A stretch of DNA of 59,650 bases, taken from positions 1 to 59,650 of the forward strand of contig NIVC01004117.1 in NCBI GenBank assembly GCA_002269645.1. The letters are read 5' to 3'. The notes beneath the pieces were generated by a model, which had not been told where the DNA came from, ran no database searches, and worked only from the letters and a program-made list of their open reading frames with translations. Made by a program: the position numbers and the translations under genes. Shown piece after piece: positions 47,055-59,309 of the stretch. Positions within the stretch are counted from its first letter, which is position 1, and each line of letters starts with the position of its first letter. This stretch comes from Macrostomum lignano (taxonomy: Eukaryota).

Positions 47055-47633
47055 AGCGCCACCAAACGAGCTGTCACGGGCGCCTGTAACGAGCCGCTCT
47101 TAGAGTGGAAACGGAGCCCAGCCTCTCAGATTCAGAAGAAGTTTCGCCATAGTCGGGAATGCAATTTGTCAGGCAAACGAGGCGTAGGCTTCCTCATAGT
47201 AGCTTCCTTTCCTCATCTCTCTGCCTTCGTCTTCATCTATTTCTATCACGGCGCTAGGAGACTGGGGGATGAGGCCGAGCGGGACAGAAATTGAATTATG
47301 ACTCAAATACGCGCCAGTTTTTTCTCTTTTCAGGGAGGAAAGCAGCGGAAAGAGCGGGCGGAATGATTGAATTTCCCAACGGGCCGCCCCCCACCAGCCC
47401 GGTCACCTACTCGACTGATATTATTTGGCGATAGGGCGCAGCTTCAGATTGGCTCTTCTATCACTTCCACTCAAGAAGCAGCGCCGCGCCGCGCAGCGCC
47501 TGCCACTAGGAGGGAGAGAGATTGGCTCTCGGAGGTTGATGGCGCCCGCAAGATAAGTAGGGCCTCATTTTGCCGGCTATAAGCAAAGAAGGGCGAGCAT
47601 ATTAGCGCTCCGAGCCAATAATCCGAGCCAGGA

Positions 47634-48182
47634 ATGACGGAACCGTCCAGTGTCACTGTTAGAGATGAAGCCGCCGAGGACCGGGCGAGCGGCTACTTCT
47701 ACGATGACAACGACATCGACGTTGACAACGAGGACGACGACTTCGGCGACAAAGAGTTGGACGACGACCCCAGCTGTCAGCTAGCAATGAGCTTCCGCAA
47801 CAGCTGCAAGCTTCGTCGTACTCAAGCGGACTTCAGTCAGCTAGGTTCGGTGAGAAGGTTCCGCAGCCGTCGCGGCCGCCGCAGTCTCACGGCCGGCACC
47901 AGAAGAGCCAGCAGTTGCAGCCGCAGCCCGGCAAGGAGTCCAAACGGCTGCGGCTGAATGTCAACGCCAGGGAGCGCCGTCGAATGCACGATTTGAACGA
48001 CGCCCTGGACGAGCTGAGGCTGCCACGCTGCGCTAAATGCCACGGAGCACGAGCTGGCGGACGCTGCGGCCGCCGCCACTTCGGCAAGCCGACGGCAAAG
48101 TCTCGACGGCGAAGGCGACGACGGCGATATGAACGACGCCTCTGCTGACGATTCTGCCGACTCTCAGAGTAGATCTCAGTGA
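47634..48182 (+). pseudogene. Olig/bHLHe22(Beta3)-like bHLH gene: -1 frameshift at ~47768, loop and helix 2 missing
   Basis: RLRLNVNARERRRMHDLNDALDELR is the Olig/Beta3 basic-helix-1 signature; the expected PYAH...RKLSKIATL segment is absent. Confidence 0.7.
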
Positions 48183-49652
48183 GGCCGAGTGACTCAGAGA
48201 ACGTGATCCTAATGAAGCAAGCTTCTTTACGTTGTTTCAAAAACTAATTTCCTCACAATTTGTCGTACATAATTATACTTTATCAGAACTACTTGAAGTA
48301 GTTGACTAAATATACTCGAACATAATTAATTGCCGGCTAATCACAAAATTCCAAGACAATTTTTTTATTCGAAGTTGTAGAAAACTCGGCGAAGTATCTT
48401 CAGGGCGTTTTTACACTGACAATTGTGCCCGTGACGCTCAAGTTTGACGTGTACAAATTGAGAAAACCAGACACTGAAATGAAACTCCGGTGACTGCTGA
48501 CATGACACTGCATGACGCACTGCCAAAGCAGTCAGCAGTGCAGGGGCACTGTCAGAGCAGTGTTAGAGTTTTGTCAGAGCAGTGTCACCAAGCGCTGCCA
48601 TTCTTTGTTTCCAGTTCGAGCTATTGGTACCTACACTGTTATTATCGAGTGTCAGGCGTTCCTGTAACGAAGCCGACTGTTAATTAATGTCAAATTCTAA
48701 AAAATCTGACACTAAGAAACTCTTAGTCAGTGTACATGTATATATAGAGCGAAGAAAAACGGTAACTTATGTATTGTTTCGATACATATCGGCTACACAT
48801 TTATGCATGATTCAGCAGGCCTGAAAGTCAATTCGATTCAAGGAGATGACAACTTGTTTACAACAGTAATAATTTTTTAGTTATTAAGCTAAAAAATTAA
48901 TTATTATGTACGAATATTCGACCTTCGAGCAGCCAAGACCCTGCTGCCAAAAAGGATAGGGTTGCATAAGCGGATAATGCTAGCTCAGAGCGACAGAGAG
49001 TGGAAAGTCACGATTTAACCTCGGCGCGAAGGTCGCAGTCATGGATCCCCTCAGTTCTGTTGAATTTGCGAAGTAGCCGCTTTACTTAGCCTACCCCAGA
49101 CAGAGGCCGGCGTCATTGCCATTTTATACCATTGTGCTCAGCACTTTGCAATATATTTGTTGACAAAAAATTATTACGAGTAGCCTCATCAGACTACTCA
49201 TATCAACTAAGTAGAAATGTTAAAGTTTTTCCTGTATTTTTGCAGGGAAACTGAAAAATACAAAACAGTACGTTACAATATTCTGTTAACTGTCTCAACA
49301 GAACACAGACTATTCTTCAAATAAATTTTGATTGCAATCAAACTTTCCAATATGTTTATTTACTTTTTATATTTTTATTTATCATCAAACTTCTGCGATT
49401 CGGACAACAAACGAATATATCAATAATAAGGATTGAAATATTCAATTCAATTTGCAACCTCGACACAGACATGCATAGTTAAACACGCTTAGGTGTACAA
49501 TATATATCATAGGCTCGCTTTGCTTGTGAATAAACAGAATATAGACGGGAAATAATATTTTATTTTCATTTGCAGATGTCTGACGTCATGAAATTTCATA
49601 TTCTGAGGAATAAACTCGTTGAATTGAACAGGGTATTATAAGCCCTGGATTT

Positions 49653-49961
49653 GGGATTTAGAATCCTTAATCCGGATTTAGAATCCCTTAATCCGGGGAT
49701 TTAGAATCCCTAATCCGGGGATTTAGAGATCCCTAATCCGGGTATTTAGAATCCCTAATCCGGGGATTTAGAATCTCTAATCCGGGATTTAAATCCTAAT
49801 CCGGGGATTTAGAATCCCTAATCCGGGGATTTAGAATCCCTAATCCGGGGATTTAGAATCCCTAATCCGGGGATTATAATCCTTAATCCGGGGATTTAGA
49901 ATCCCTAATCCGGGGATTTAGAATCCCTAATCCGGAGATTTAGAATCCTTAATCCTTAATC
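49653..49961. repeat. 22-bp self-complementary minisatellite (CCTAATCCGGGGATTTAGAATC) x~14, containing CCCTAA
   Basis: Period 22; telomeric hexamer at unit junctions. Confidence 0.9.
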
Positions 49962-50296
49962 TAAGGGGTTATTAGAGCTCTGCTCTGCCTTAATCTAGTA
50001 ATCCAATACTTTACTGTCGGCCCAAAGCAGTTGGTCGCGCAAGCAAGACGCGGACATCCGCAATTTAACAACACATCACGCAAGATGAAAACAAAGCGAC
50101 AAGTACTAATAAAAGTGCAAGTAATCCGTAAAGAAAAACGAAGCAGCATTTTAGGGGTCCAGTTAAAGCAAGACAATCCCAGATCCAAAACAGCCAAGTC
50201 AGTCATAGTTAATTTCATATCTTTAGTCAGTTGCTTTGCTTTTTAAAATTGAAAACAGAAACGCAGAAATTATATTTGCATTAATTAATTAATCAA

Positions 50297-53200
50297 TCAA
50301 GGCTTGCACCTGCCGGTCATGCGCGGGTACAGGCAGACATCCCGGATGTGCTCCTGGCCGAACATCCACGTCATGAAGCGCTCAACGCCAAGTCCGTAGC
50401 CGCCGTGCGGGCAACTGCCGTATTCGCGCTATAATTAATTACACAATGCGACAAGTTACATGTGTGTTTTGCATTTTTCGATACATATCGGCAAAACAGG
50501 TATTTCGATTTTCTTGCCCAAAAGATTTTTTGCGTACCAAAAGTTCCTAATACGCTGGTCAAGAAGCTGATGATGAAAGTTGGAGACTCAAAAAATGACT
50601 CGACTCTTTTGATATCTCACAGAGGAGAAGCAATTAGGGCTGGTTTCAATTTTGAGTCAAAAATATTAAAAAGCATGACAATGACCTTCTTAGAGGAACT
50701 GCTAAAATCCTTGACGGTTGAAAATTGAATGCAAAGAAAGAGAAAAAAATTTATATCGGGATCGACTCGCGACCTTGTAACAAGATCATGATCGTAAAAA
50801 ATCGATACATATTCGTAAAATATTACTCACCTGTTGCGTGTACCAGTAGTAGGGCGACGGGTCGATACCCTCGCGTGCGTAGCCTTTCATTAGCTCGTCG
50901 TGCTTCCAAATCCTCATGGAGCCGCCAACAATTTCGCCAACCCCGGGAATTAGAACGTCGACAGATTCGGTCACCCGGTTGTCCTCCTGGCAACGGGGCA
51001 TGTAGAATGCTTTGATCTCGGCCGGGAATCGGCACAGCAGAATCGGCTCATTGATAGTGTCCGTCATTTGCCGCTCCGGAGCCTCCGGGATGTCCTGGCG
51101 TCAAATGGGGAATGCGCTTAAAAACATTTTTACCAGTAATTGAAATCTATGCGTTGTTATATTGTTTTCGATACATATCGGGTACATATAGTGCGAGTAG
51201 ATAAAACAGTACTTGAGTACATATACATAGTCTACTATATTTAGGTGTACAGCGGCCCTGACTTTCTACTCATCAGGCATGTACACTCAAAAGTAGAACC
51301 CCTGAAACCCTCAACTAATTTTCGTGCTCAAAGCTCCAAATCAATGTGGCCCTGCACGGAATCGAACCAGGGGTCGTGTGGTATTTATCTTATGTTGCGA
51401 AAGTTGAAAAAAACTACGAGAAATTCTTTTTACTTAAAGTAGTTAATACGGCTATGCAACACTGAAAGAATCTCACATCGCCAAACTCGTAGTTTTTTCC
51501 ATCAGGCCGAAGCACATTGTTCTCCTTGAGCCAGACCAGCGCGTCCGTGTAGTTCATCCGCCTGAACGGCTTCTTCGGGGCGTTGAATTTCGGGTTCACC
51601 TCGCGCAGCAGATCGCCAGCCTCTTTTAGCACCCGTTCGGACACGTCCACAATGAGATCTTCCACGCGGTCAAGCAGATCATTGTAGGTGATGAACGGGC
51701 ACTCGGCCTCCAGGTGGGTGTACCTGAAGGCGATGAAGTCTCGTGTGAATGCTCGCTGGTTACACTTTAAATACTAGGTACTCAGAATCTGGTCATTATA
51801 CCCAACCTACTCAAAATCTGGTCATACACCAAACCTACTCAGAATCTGGTCATACACCCAACCTACTTAGAATCTGGTCATACACCTAACCTACTCAGAA
51901 ACTGGTCACACACCCAACCTACTCAGAAACTGGTCATACACCCAACCTACTCAGAATCTGGTCATACACCAAACCTACTCAGAATCTGGTCATACACCCA
52001 ACCTACTTAGAATAGAATCTGGTCATACACCTAACCTACTCAGAAACTGGTCACACACCCAACCTACTCAGAAACTGGTCACACACCCAACCTACTCAGA
52101 ATCTGGTCATACACCTAACCTACTCAGAAACTGGTCATACACACAATCTACTCAGAAACTGGTAATACACCCAACCTACTCAGAAACTGGTCATACACAC
52201 AATCTACTCAGAAACTGGTCAGACACCCAACCTACTCAGAATCTGGTCATGCAGCACCCCCATCCATATTCTAATCCTGGACGACAACCAACCCCACTTA
52301 AGCAATAACTCACTCGGACAGGTGGCGCCTGGTCCTGCTCTTCTCGGCCCGGTAGCTGCGAGCTACGCAGAAGCAGTCGCCAACAACCGGCAGGCAAGTC
52401 TCCAAATAGAGCTGGCTAGACTGGGTCAGATAGGCCGGCTCTCCGTAATAGTCAAAGCTGAACAGGGTCGAGCCGCCCTCCACCTGAGTCTGCACCATGG
52501 TTGGCGGGGTCACTTCAACGTAGCCCCGATCGAACAGGTGAGACCGGAACGCGCGCATCACGTGACAGGACAATTTGACAATCTTCGAAGTATGCTCGCC
52601 CCGCAGAACCAGATGCCGATTGTCTAGCAGCACGTCGACGTCGCTCTCGACGTTGAGCACGGACTCGACGCCGCCGGGGGGAGCCGGGCCGATCTGCTCC
52701 CAGTAGTCGGCTGTTAGTTCTACGCCGCCAGGCGCGCTGTGACCTTCGGGCACGCGAGCCAGAGTGCCGTAGACTCGGATGGAGGCCTCCTGGCTCAACA
52801 GGATGGCGTCGTAGGTTTGACACAGGCGGTCGGCCAGCAGGCACTGCAGGAAGCCGGTGCCGTCTCGGAGCACCACGAACATCAGTGCCTTGCCCTGGCG
52901 GCGCAGCCGGTGCACCCAGCCTGATACCTGCACTCGTTGGCCAACTAGCTCGGGCGCCTGGCGCACCTGGATTGAGCGGACCGGTGCACTCACTACATTA
53001 ATAAATTAAATGAGGAATATAGTGGGGTTTGAAGGGCTACGAATGAGGAGAAGTCAAAAAGATTATCACGGAATGGGGACAAAGCTGGAAGGGGATCGCA
53101 GAATGGGGAGAAATCTGGAAGGGTATCACAGAATGGGGAGAAAGCTGGAAGGGGATCACAGAATGGGGAGACAGCTGGAATGGGATTTCACATTCGGGAG

Positions 53201-54056
53201 ACATCTAAAAGGGGATCACAGAATGGGGAGAAATCTGGAAGGGTATCACAGAATGGGGAGAAAGCTGGAAGGGGATCACAGAATGGGGAGACATCTGAAA
53301 GGAAATAACAGAATGGGGAGAAATCTGGAAGGGGATCACAGAATGGGGAGACATCTGAAAGAAAATAACAGAATGGGGAGAAATCTGGAAGGGTATCACA
53401 GAATGGGGAGAAATCTGGAAGGGTATCACAGAATGGGGAGAAATCTGGAAGGGGATCACAGAATGGGGAGACAACTAGAAGGGGATCACAGAATGGGGAG
53501 ACATCTGAAAGGAAATAACAGAATGGGGAGAAATCTGGAAGGGTATCACGGAATGGGGAGACAGCTGGAAGGGGATCACAGAATGGGGAGACAGCTGGAA
53601 GGGTATCACGGAATGGGGAGACAACTAGAAGGGGATCACAGAATGGGGAGGCAATTGGGAAAAATGAAGGTACAAATGGGATTACCTTGACAGCCTGAGC
53701 CTTGGGCAGGGAAGGATCCTCGCTAATGCAGATTTTTTCGGCGGCGCGCAGATTCTCATCTCGAAGGGCCTTGTCGGCGGCCTCGCGCTTTTCCCGCTGC
53801 TCAGACTGCCGCTGCTCTCGTTCTAGCAGTTTGCGGCATTTCTTTACCTGCGACTTGGCCGCCTCCTGCCATTGCGAACCACCGTCGGGGCCTTCAACCA
53901 TGACGACGGCGCTCGAGCCGCCACGGCGCAGCGCATGCAGCACCGTCTTGAAGGGCCGGGACTCTGTCCCATCGCCGCACTCGTCGCTGCCTTTCGCTTC
54001 GGAGGCGTAGAAGCGGGTCGCCGATACTTCGGTAGCCTGCGGTAGTTTCGGCGCAT
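50297..54056 (-). CDS. NARS1: Cytoplasmic asparaginyl-tRNA synthetase; exons 53686-~54056, 52314-52966, 51477-51723, 50831-51094, 50297-50428
   Basis: N-terminal [79 protein letters not shown]; splice phases consistent; ~555 aa. Confidence 0.96.
51779..52250. repeat. 28-bp minisatellite (CCTACTCAGAATCTGGTCATACACCCAA) x~17 in a NARS intron
   Basis: Period 28. Confidence 0.93.
53040..53655. repeat. 30-bp minisatellite (GAATGGGGAGAAATCTGGAAGGGGATCACA) x~20 in NARS intron 1
   Basis: Period 30. Confidence 0.95.
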
Positions 54057-54220
54057 CTTGCTGTGATCAAGACTAAATAACGATGTCTCGAAATACGGGT
54101 CTAACAGTGATTAACGACCTGTAGCAGCAACTATCACTTCCTATATTATCTCCTGATATGCATCGAAAGTATTATAAACTAAATATAATAGCCTGGTAAC
54201 TGTTCCTTTCTTTAATTATA

Positions 54221-54865
54221 CCGATATGTTTCGAAAATATCAAGGCAGTATAAGAACACAGAAAAAGCAGATCCAAATCTAGACTAGCTACCGATATGTA
54301 TCGAAAGTATCTAGGCAGTAAAAGAACACAAAAAAGCAGATCCCCATCTAGACTAGCTACCGATATGTATCGAAAGTATCAAGGCATTAAAAGAACACAG
54401 AAAAAGCAGATCCCCCTCTAGACTAGCTACCGATATGTATCGAAAGTATCAAGGCATTAAAAGAACACAGAAAAAGCAGATCCCCATCTAGACTAGCTAC
54501 CGATATGTATCGAAAGTATCGAGGCATTAAAAGAACACAGAAAAAGCAGATCCCCATCTAGACTAGCTACCGATATGTATTGAAAGTATCTAGACACTAA
54601 AAGAACATAGAAAAAGCAGATCTTCCATCTAGACTAGCTACCGATATGTATCGAAAGTATATAGGCAGTAAAAGAACATAGAAAAAGCAGATCTCCCATC
54701 TAGACTAGCTACCGATATGTATTGAAAGTATCTAGACACTAAAAGAACATAGAAAAAGCATATCCTCATCTAGACTAGCTACTGATATGTATTGAAAGTA
54801 TCTAGACACTAAAAGAACATATAAAAAGCATATCCTCATCTAGACTAGCTACCGATATGTACGAC
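54221..54865. repeat. 70-bp tandem repeat x~9-10 with CCGATATGTATCGAAA core
   Basis: Core recurs at ~54221, 54291, 54360, 54430, 54500 and onward. Confidence 0.92.
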
Positions 54866-55694
54866 GTATCTTAAAACCTGGAAAATTCAAGCCTACATAG
54901 TGCTAATAAAAACTAATAAAAATTCAATAAATTAACTAACAGAACAAACTGGCAAACGTCAGCAGAAACAAGACACCAACTTAGTAACCAGGTAAGGGAT
55001 AAGAAGTCAGAGAGAGAGAGATTTATTTGCAACCTCAGTAGCAGCTTTCATACAGTTGTTAAGGCAGCAGCGCGCAGCTGTAAAGGCGGTCTTTCTACAA
55101 GTCAATCTTTCGTGAATAAAGTAATCAACTATACATAATTATAAGCCTTTAAGATAGTAGCAAAGCATTTTATTAAATCGGAAAAAGGTAATATTTTTAT
55201 ACAAGCGCATAAGTTAGGGAGGGCTACGTAGAGTTTTGAAATAAAAGCACATGAAGTCTTAATGACTCTTATTGCTACTGTAAAATAAATTGCTAATTTA
55301 TAAAGTCAGACTGGTCCAAATTTATGGCTAAATTGTATAAGCAGAATTATATACTAATGTTACTATTAAGGAAAAAGATAAAAGCATGATTTAATGCACT
55401 AATTAAAACGCTGGAAGATGTACTTTTGATGAAAATTAAACAGAAAATGTTTTGAGAAGATAAACTAGAAGTAGTCAATGAGATTTTAAAATCAGTCGAC
55501 AGTCCAATGGAATCACTGCGTTAGAGCCATGTAGAGCGGGAGGCCTTTGTAGGGTTTTCTGCAAGCAAGCACGAAAACAAAGATTAGTTTGATAATAAAG
55601 TGATGAAAACGCTTTTTCGATACATATCGGCTTATAGTCATTTGGCTTATAGGCTTTGACACTAGTTAACTTGCAATTGGTAAACGATAAATTG

Positions 55695-55980
55695 TTCGAT
55701 ACATATCGGCGCCTAATCAAACAGATTAGCAACACTCGGATTTTAGTGGCATCCCCAATAGTGAAATGTTACATTTTCGATACATATCGGCGCCTAATCA
55801 AACAGATTAGCAACACTCGGATTTTAGTAGCATCCCCAATACTGAAATGTTACATTTTCGATACATATCGGCGTCTAATAAACAGGGTAGCTGAACACCG
55901 ACTGTAGTAGCATTCCAATACTGAAATGTTTTACATTTTTCGATACATATCGGCGCCTAATCAAACAAAGTAGCGACACT
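55695..55980. repeat. ~81-bp tandem repeat x~3.5 with TTTCGATACATATCGG core
   Basis: Core at ~55695, 55775, 55856 and 55938. Confidence 0.85.
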
Positions 55981-56274
55981 CGTATATTTAATTAAGTATC
56001 ATGTAGTTATGCTGAAAATATGCATTTTTCGATACATATCGGCACTCAGTCAATCAAATCGGCACATTCTATGAAGCAATAATAAACTTGCCTGTTATAA
56101 CGCTTCACAAACTCGGCGGCTTGTTGTTCGTTATAAAATTTAACAAACGCCTTATAAGTGCTGGGCACTAGTCGGTACTCCTGCAAGTAGTAAGGATAGG
56201 TTAACAGTGAAAAATGAATCAATTAAAAAAATAGAAGCGTAAATAAAAAAAAACGATGAGCCAGCGGAACTCAC

Positions 56275-59038
56275 GCAGACGGGTCCAAGCGGGTCTGTCA
56301 GCGTGGCCAAGTCCTGCTCAGTGATGCCGTCCGGCAGTTCTCAATCCGGACGCTGGTACGGCCGCTGCTGCTTGGATAGCCGATGTTGAACGGCAACGTC
56401 GGGCCTTGTCCGGTCCGTTCGAAACTCGACGATGTCGGAGCCGCCACCGCAGCCGCCGATGCAACGGCGGGCACATCAGCGGCCAGATGATGGCGCATCG
56501 CCTCGGCGGCCGCGTAGTTGGCGCCGGCTGCGCTGCACCAGCGACGATCAGCGACACGATGCTGCGGCTGCTGCTGCGGCTGCTGACGCGGTCGAGAAGC
56601 CAGCAGGCTGTTAACAGGCTCTATAGCAGTGGCGGCAATCGGTTGGGGAGCCGGTTGACCCCACGGCAGCTCATCGTCAGCGTCGGCGCCTGAGTCATAA
56701 TTATAATAATGACGGTTGGCAATGGCGCTGCCAACTTGCCCGATTGACAGCGGCTGATGCTGTTGATGGTGCTGATGATGCTGCTGAGGATGCTGAGGAT
56801 GCAGCTGGCGGATCTGTGGCGGCTGCTGCTGCTGAGAATGCTGAGGATACAGCTGGCGCATCTGTGGCGGCTGCTGCTGCTGAGGATGATACGGCTGGCG
56901 CCACGGCGGCCGATGCTGCTGCTGTGGCAGCATGGCACCTCCATGCGGTCGGACAATAAAAGCATTCTTCTGCTGCTGCTGGACCTGCTTCCATGGCGGG
57001 CACTGAAATCTACATGCGGCGCCGGAACTGAAAACGGCGCCACCAGCACCACGACCAGCTGGCGCAGCGGTGGCGGCAGCAGGTGCAGAGCTGGTCATCG
57101 AATGGCTTCGAAGCCCATGAAGAATTTCTGCTTGGCGACGCTTAAGCTGCCGCTGATTATTTATTATCTGGCGTAGGTCCGCACTGGCTTGTGTTACACT
57201 GCCAGATGTTGACGGGATCTGCTGCTGATTTTGTTGCACCTCAGCGGAGCCTCTATTATTATTATTATTATCGCTTACAGTTTTGTTAGTCTCAGCCTTA
57301 CTGCAACCGCTGTTGTCAGCTTCGCCTTCGTCATCATCGTTGCTAGACTCGCCAGTCAGGTCGATAAACACCGTATTTGGATCGGCTAGCGGAAATGAGT
57401 GCCGGGGAGACCGACCGTCCCCGACGCCGCCGCTACTGCTAGGCGGCAACAGGCGCTTGCGCTCGCGCCGCTGCGGCTGCACGGACCCTGGCTGATCAGC
57501 GGTTGCCTCGTCAGCCGAGGACCCAACAGCGTCGCTAGGAGCAGCTTCAGTCGACAATAATGCGTTGCTGTTAGGGGCAGTTTTCGGCGACGCGGTTAAT
57601 TTAGGCTCAGTAATAGCCAAGCCTTCGCCGGCAGCGTTGTTCGCGCCTCGTCATTACTGCTGGCCGGGGCCGGCGAAATGTCGCTCGATGTTGACAATGG
57701 CGACGAAGCGATTGACGAATTATTGCAGTCTTCCTCGGGCAGCTCGGCAGCGATAGCTGGCGGAGATGAGTCCGATGGCGGCTCGGGGACTGCGACAGGC
57801 TGCTGCTTCTGTTGCTGCTGCTGATTGCTGACGCCTTCATCAGCTTCGGCATTAATGGTGAGGACTAGAAATATGCATTGTTGACATTTTTTATGAGCTT
57901 AAGCGTTTTGACTGGAACTGAGACCAGCTGACGAGAAAATTGCCGGTTAGACACACTCAATAAGTGCTTCACTAGTGACAGAGCTACCCCCTCTGCTAGC
58001 TACTCTCCATCAGGACCCTCAGTGCCCCCCTCCACCCTCCATCAGGAACCTCAGTGCCCCCCACCCCTCCATCAGGAACCTCAGTGCCCCCACCCCTCCA
58101 TCAGGAACCTCAGTGACCCCCCTCCACCCCTCCATCAAGAACCTCAGTACCCCCCTCCACCCCTCCATCAGGAACCTCAGTGACCCCCTCCACCCCTCCA
58201 TCAGGAACCTCAGTGACCCACCCCTCCATCAGGAACCTCAGTGCCCCCCTCCACCCCTCCATCAGGAACCTCAGTGCCCCACTGCCCCACCCCTCCATCA
58301 GGAACCTCAGTGCCCCACTGCCCCACCCTCCATCAGGAACCTCAGTGCCCCACTGCCCCACCCTCCATCAGGAACCTCAGTGCCCCACCCCTCCATCAGG
58401 AACCTCAGTGCCCCACTGCCCCACCCCTCCATCAGGAACCTCAGTGCCCCACCCCTCCATCAGGAACCTCAGTGCCCCACCCTCCATCAGGAACCTCAGT
58501 GCCCCACTGCCCCACCCTCCATCAGGAACCTCAGTGCCCCACCTCTCCATCAGGAACCTCAGTGCCCCACCCTCCATCAGGAACCTCAGTGCCCCACCCC
58601 TCCATCAGGAACCTCAGTGCCCCACCCCTCCATCAGGAACCTCAGTGCCCCACCCCTCCATCAGGAACCTCAGTGCCCCCACCCTCCATCAGGAACCTCA
58701 GTGCCCCCCCACCCCTCCATCAGGAACCTCAGTGCCCCCACCCCTCCATCAGGAACCTCAGTGCCCCCCACCCCTCCATCAGGAACCTCAGTGCCCCCCC
58801 CCTCCATCAGGAACCTCAGTGCCCCACCCCTCCATCAGGAACTCACCCACAGCATTCGGATCCTCTTGGCTAATAATCATAGGCGATTCCGTATCTGCTT
58901 CGTCATCTGTAGAGCCAAGCAGCTCAGCCTCCTCTTCCTGGGTGAGGGAGATTTTCTTTCCGCTGGTCCCCGGGTCGCCCAGCAGGTTCAGATCGTCATC
59001 ATCTTCGTTGAAGTCGAGCCGCTCAGGGGACTCGATGG
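56275..59038 (-). CDS. Low-complexity (Q/A/acidic) protein with the start of an RRM; exons 58847-59038 and 56275-57864 (two -1 frameshifts at ~57630 and ~56337); 5' and 3' ends unresolved
   Basis: Phase-consistent GT-AG sites. The restored frame ends VRIENLPDGITEQDLATLTDPLGPVC| before a GTGAGT donor, resembling RRM beta1-alpha1. Confidence 0.6.
58003..58845. repeat. ~27-bp C-rich minisatellite (CCCTCCATCAGGAACCTCAGTGCCCCA) x~30 in an intron
   Basis: Constant core CCATCAGGAACCTCAGT with variable C-runs. Confidence 0.95.
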
Positions 59039-59309
59039 CTAAACGGAATGGAATAGATGGCTACAGTGCCGGACTGAGCAACTACCAATTATGGGAGACA
59101 ACAAAGTCCACTGTTCAGCTCAAGCCGGCATGAGCAGCAACATGTCCGGAGGGCTAATAACACAACTAACTTTCACTCGACTAACAATTTCACTCACTTG
59201 CAAGTTGTCAAAGCTGCAGTCTGCATTTATCAATGGGCTAACAAGAACTAGGAGACAACTTATTAAAAATGGATTAATATTAATAATAATAATAGGAATA
59301 TAGTACTCA

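Noticed and set aside
53010-53690. HRMGRNLEG repeat ORF and the repeat part of ORF 53188-53943
   Set aside because: 30-bp array inside NARS intron 1; the exon ends at 53686.
57975-59133. Long Pro-rich PSIRNLSAP ORFs
   Set aside because: Translation of the C-rich intronic minisatellite.
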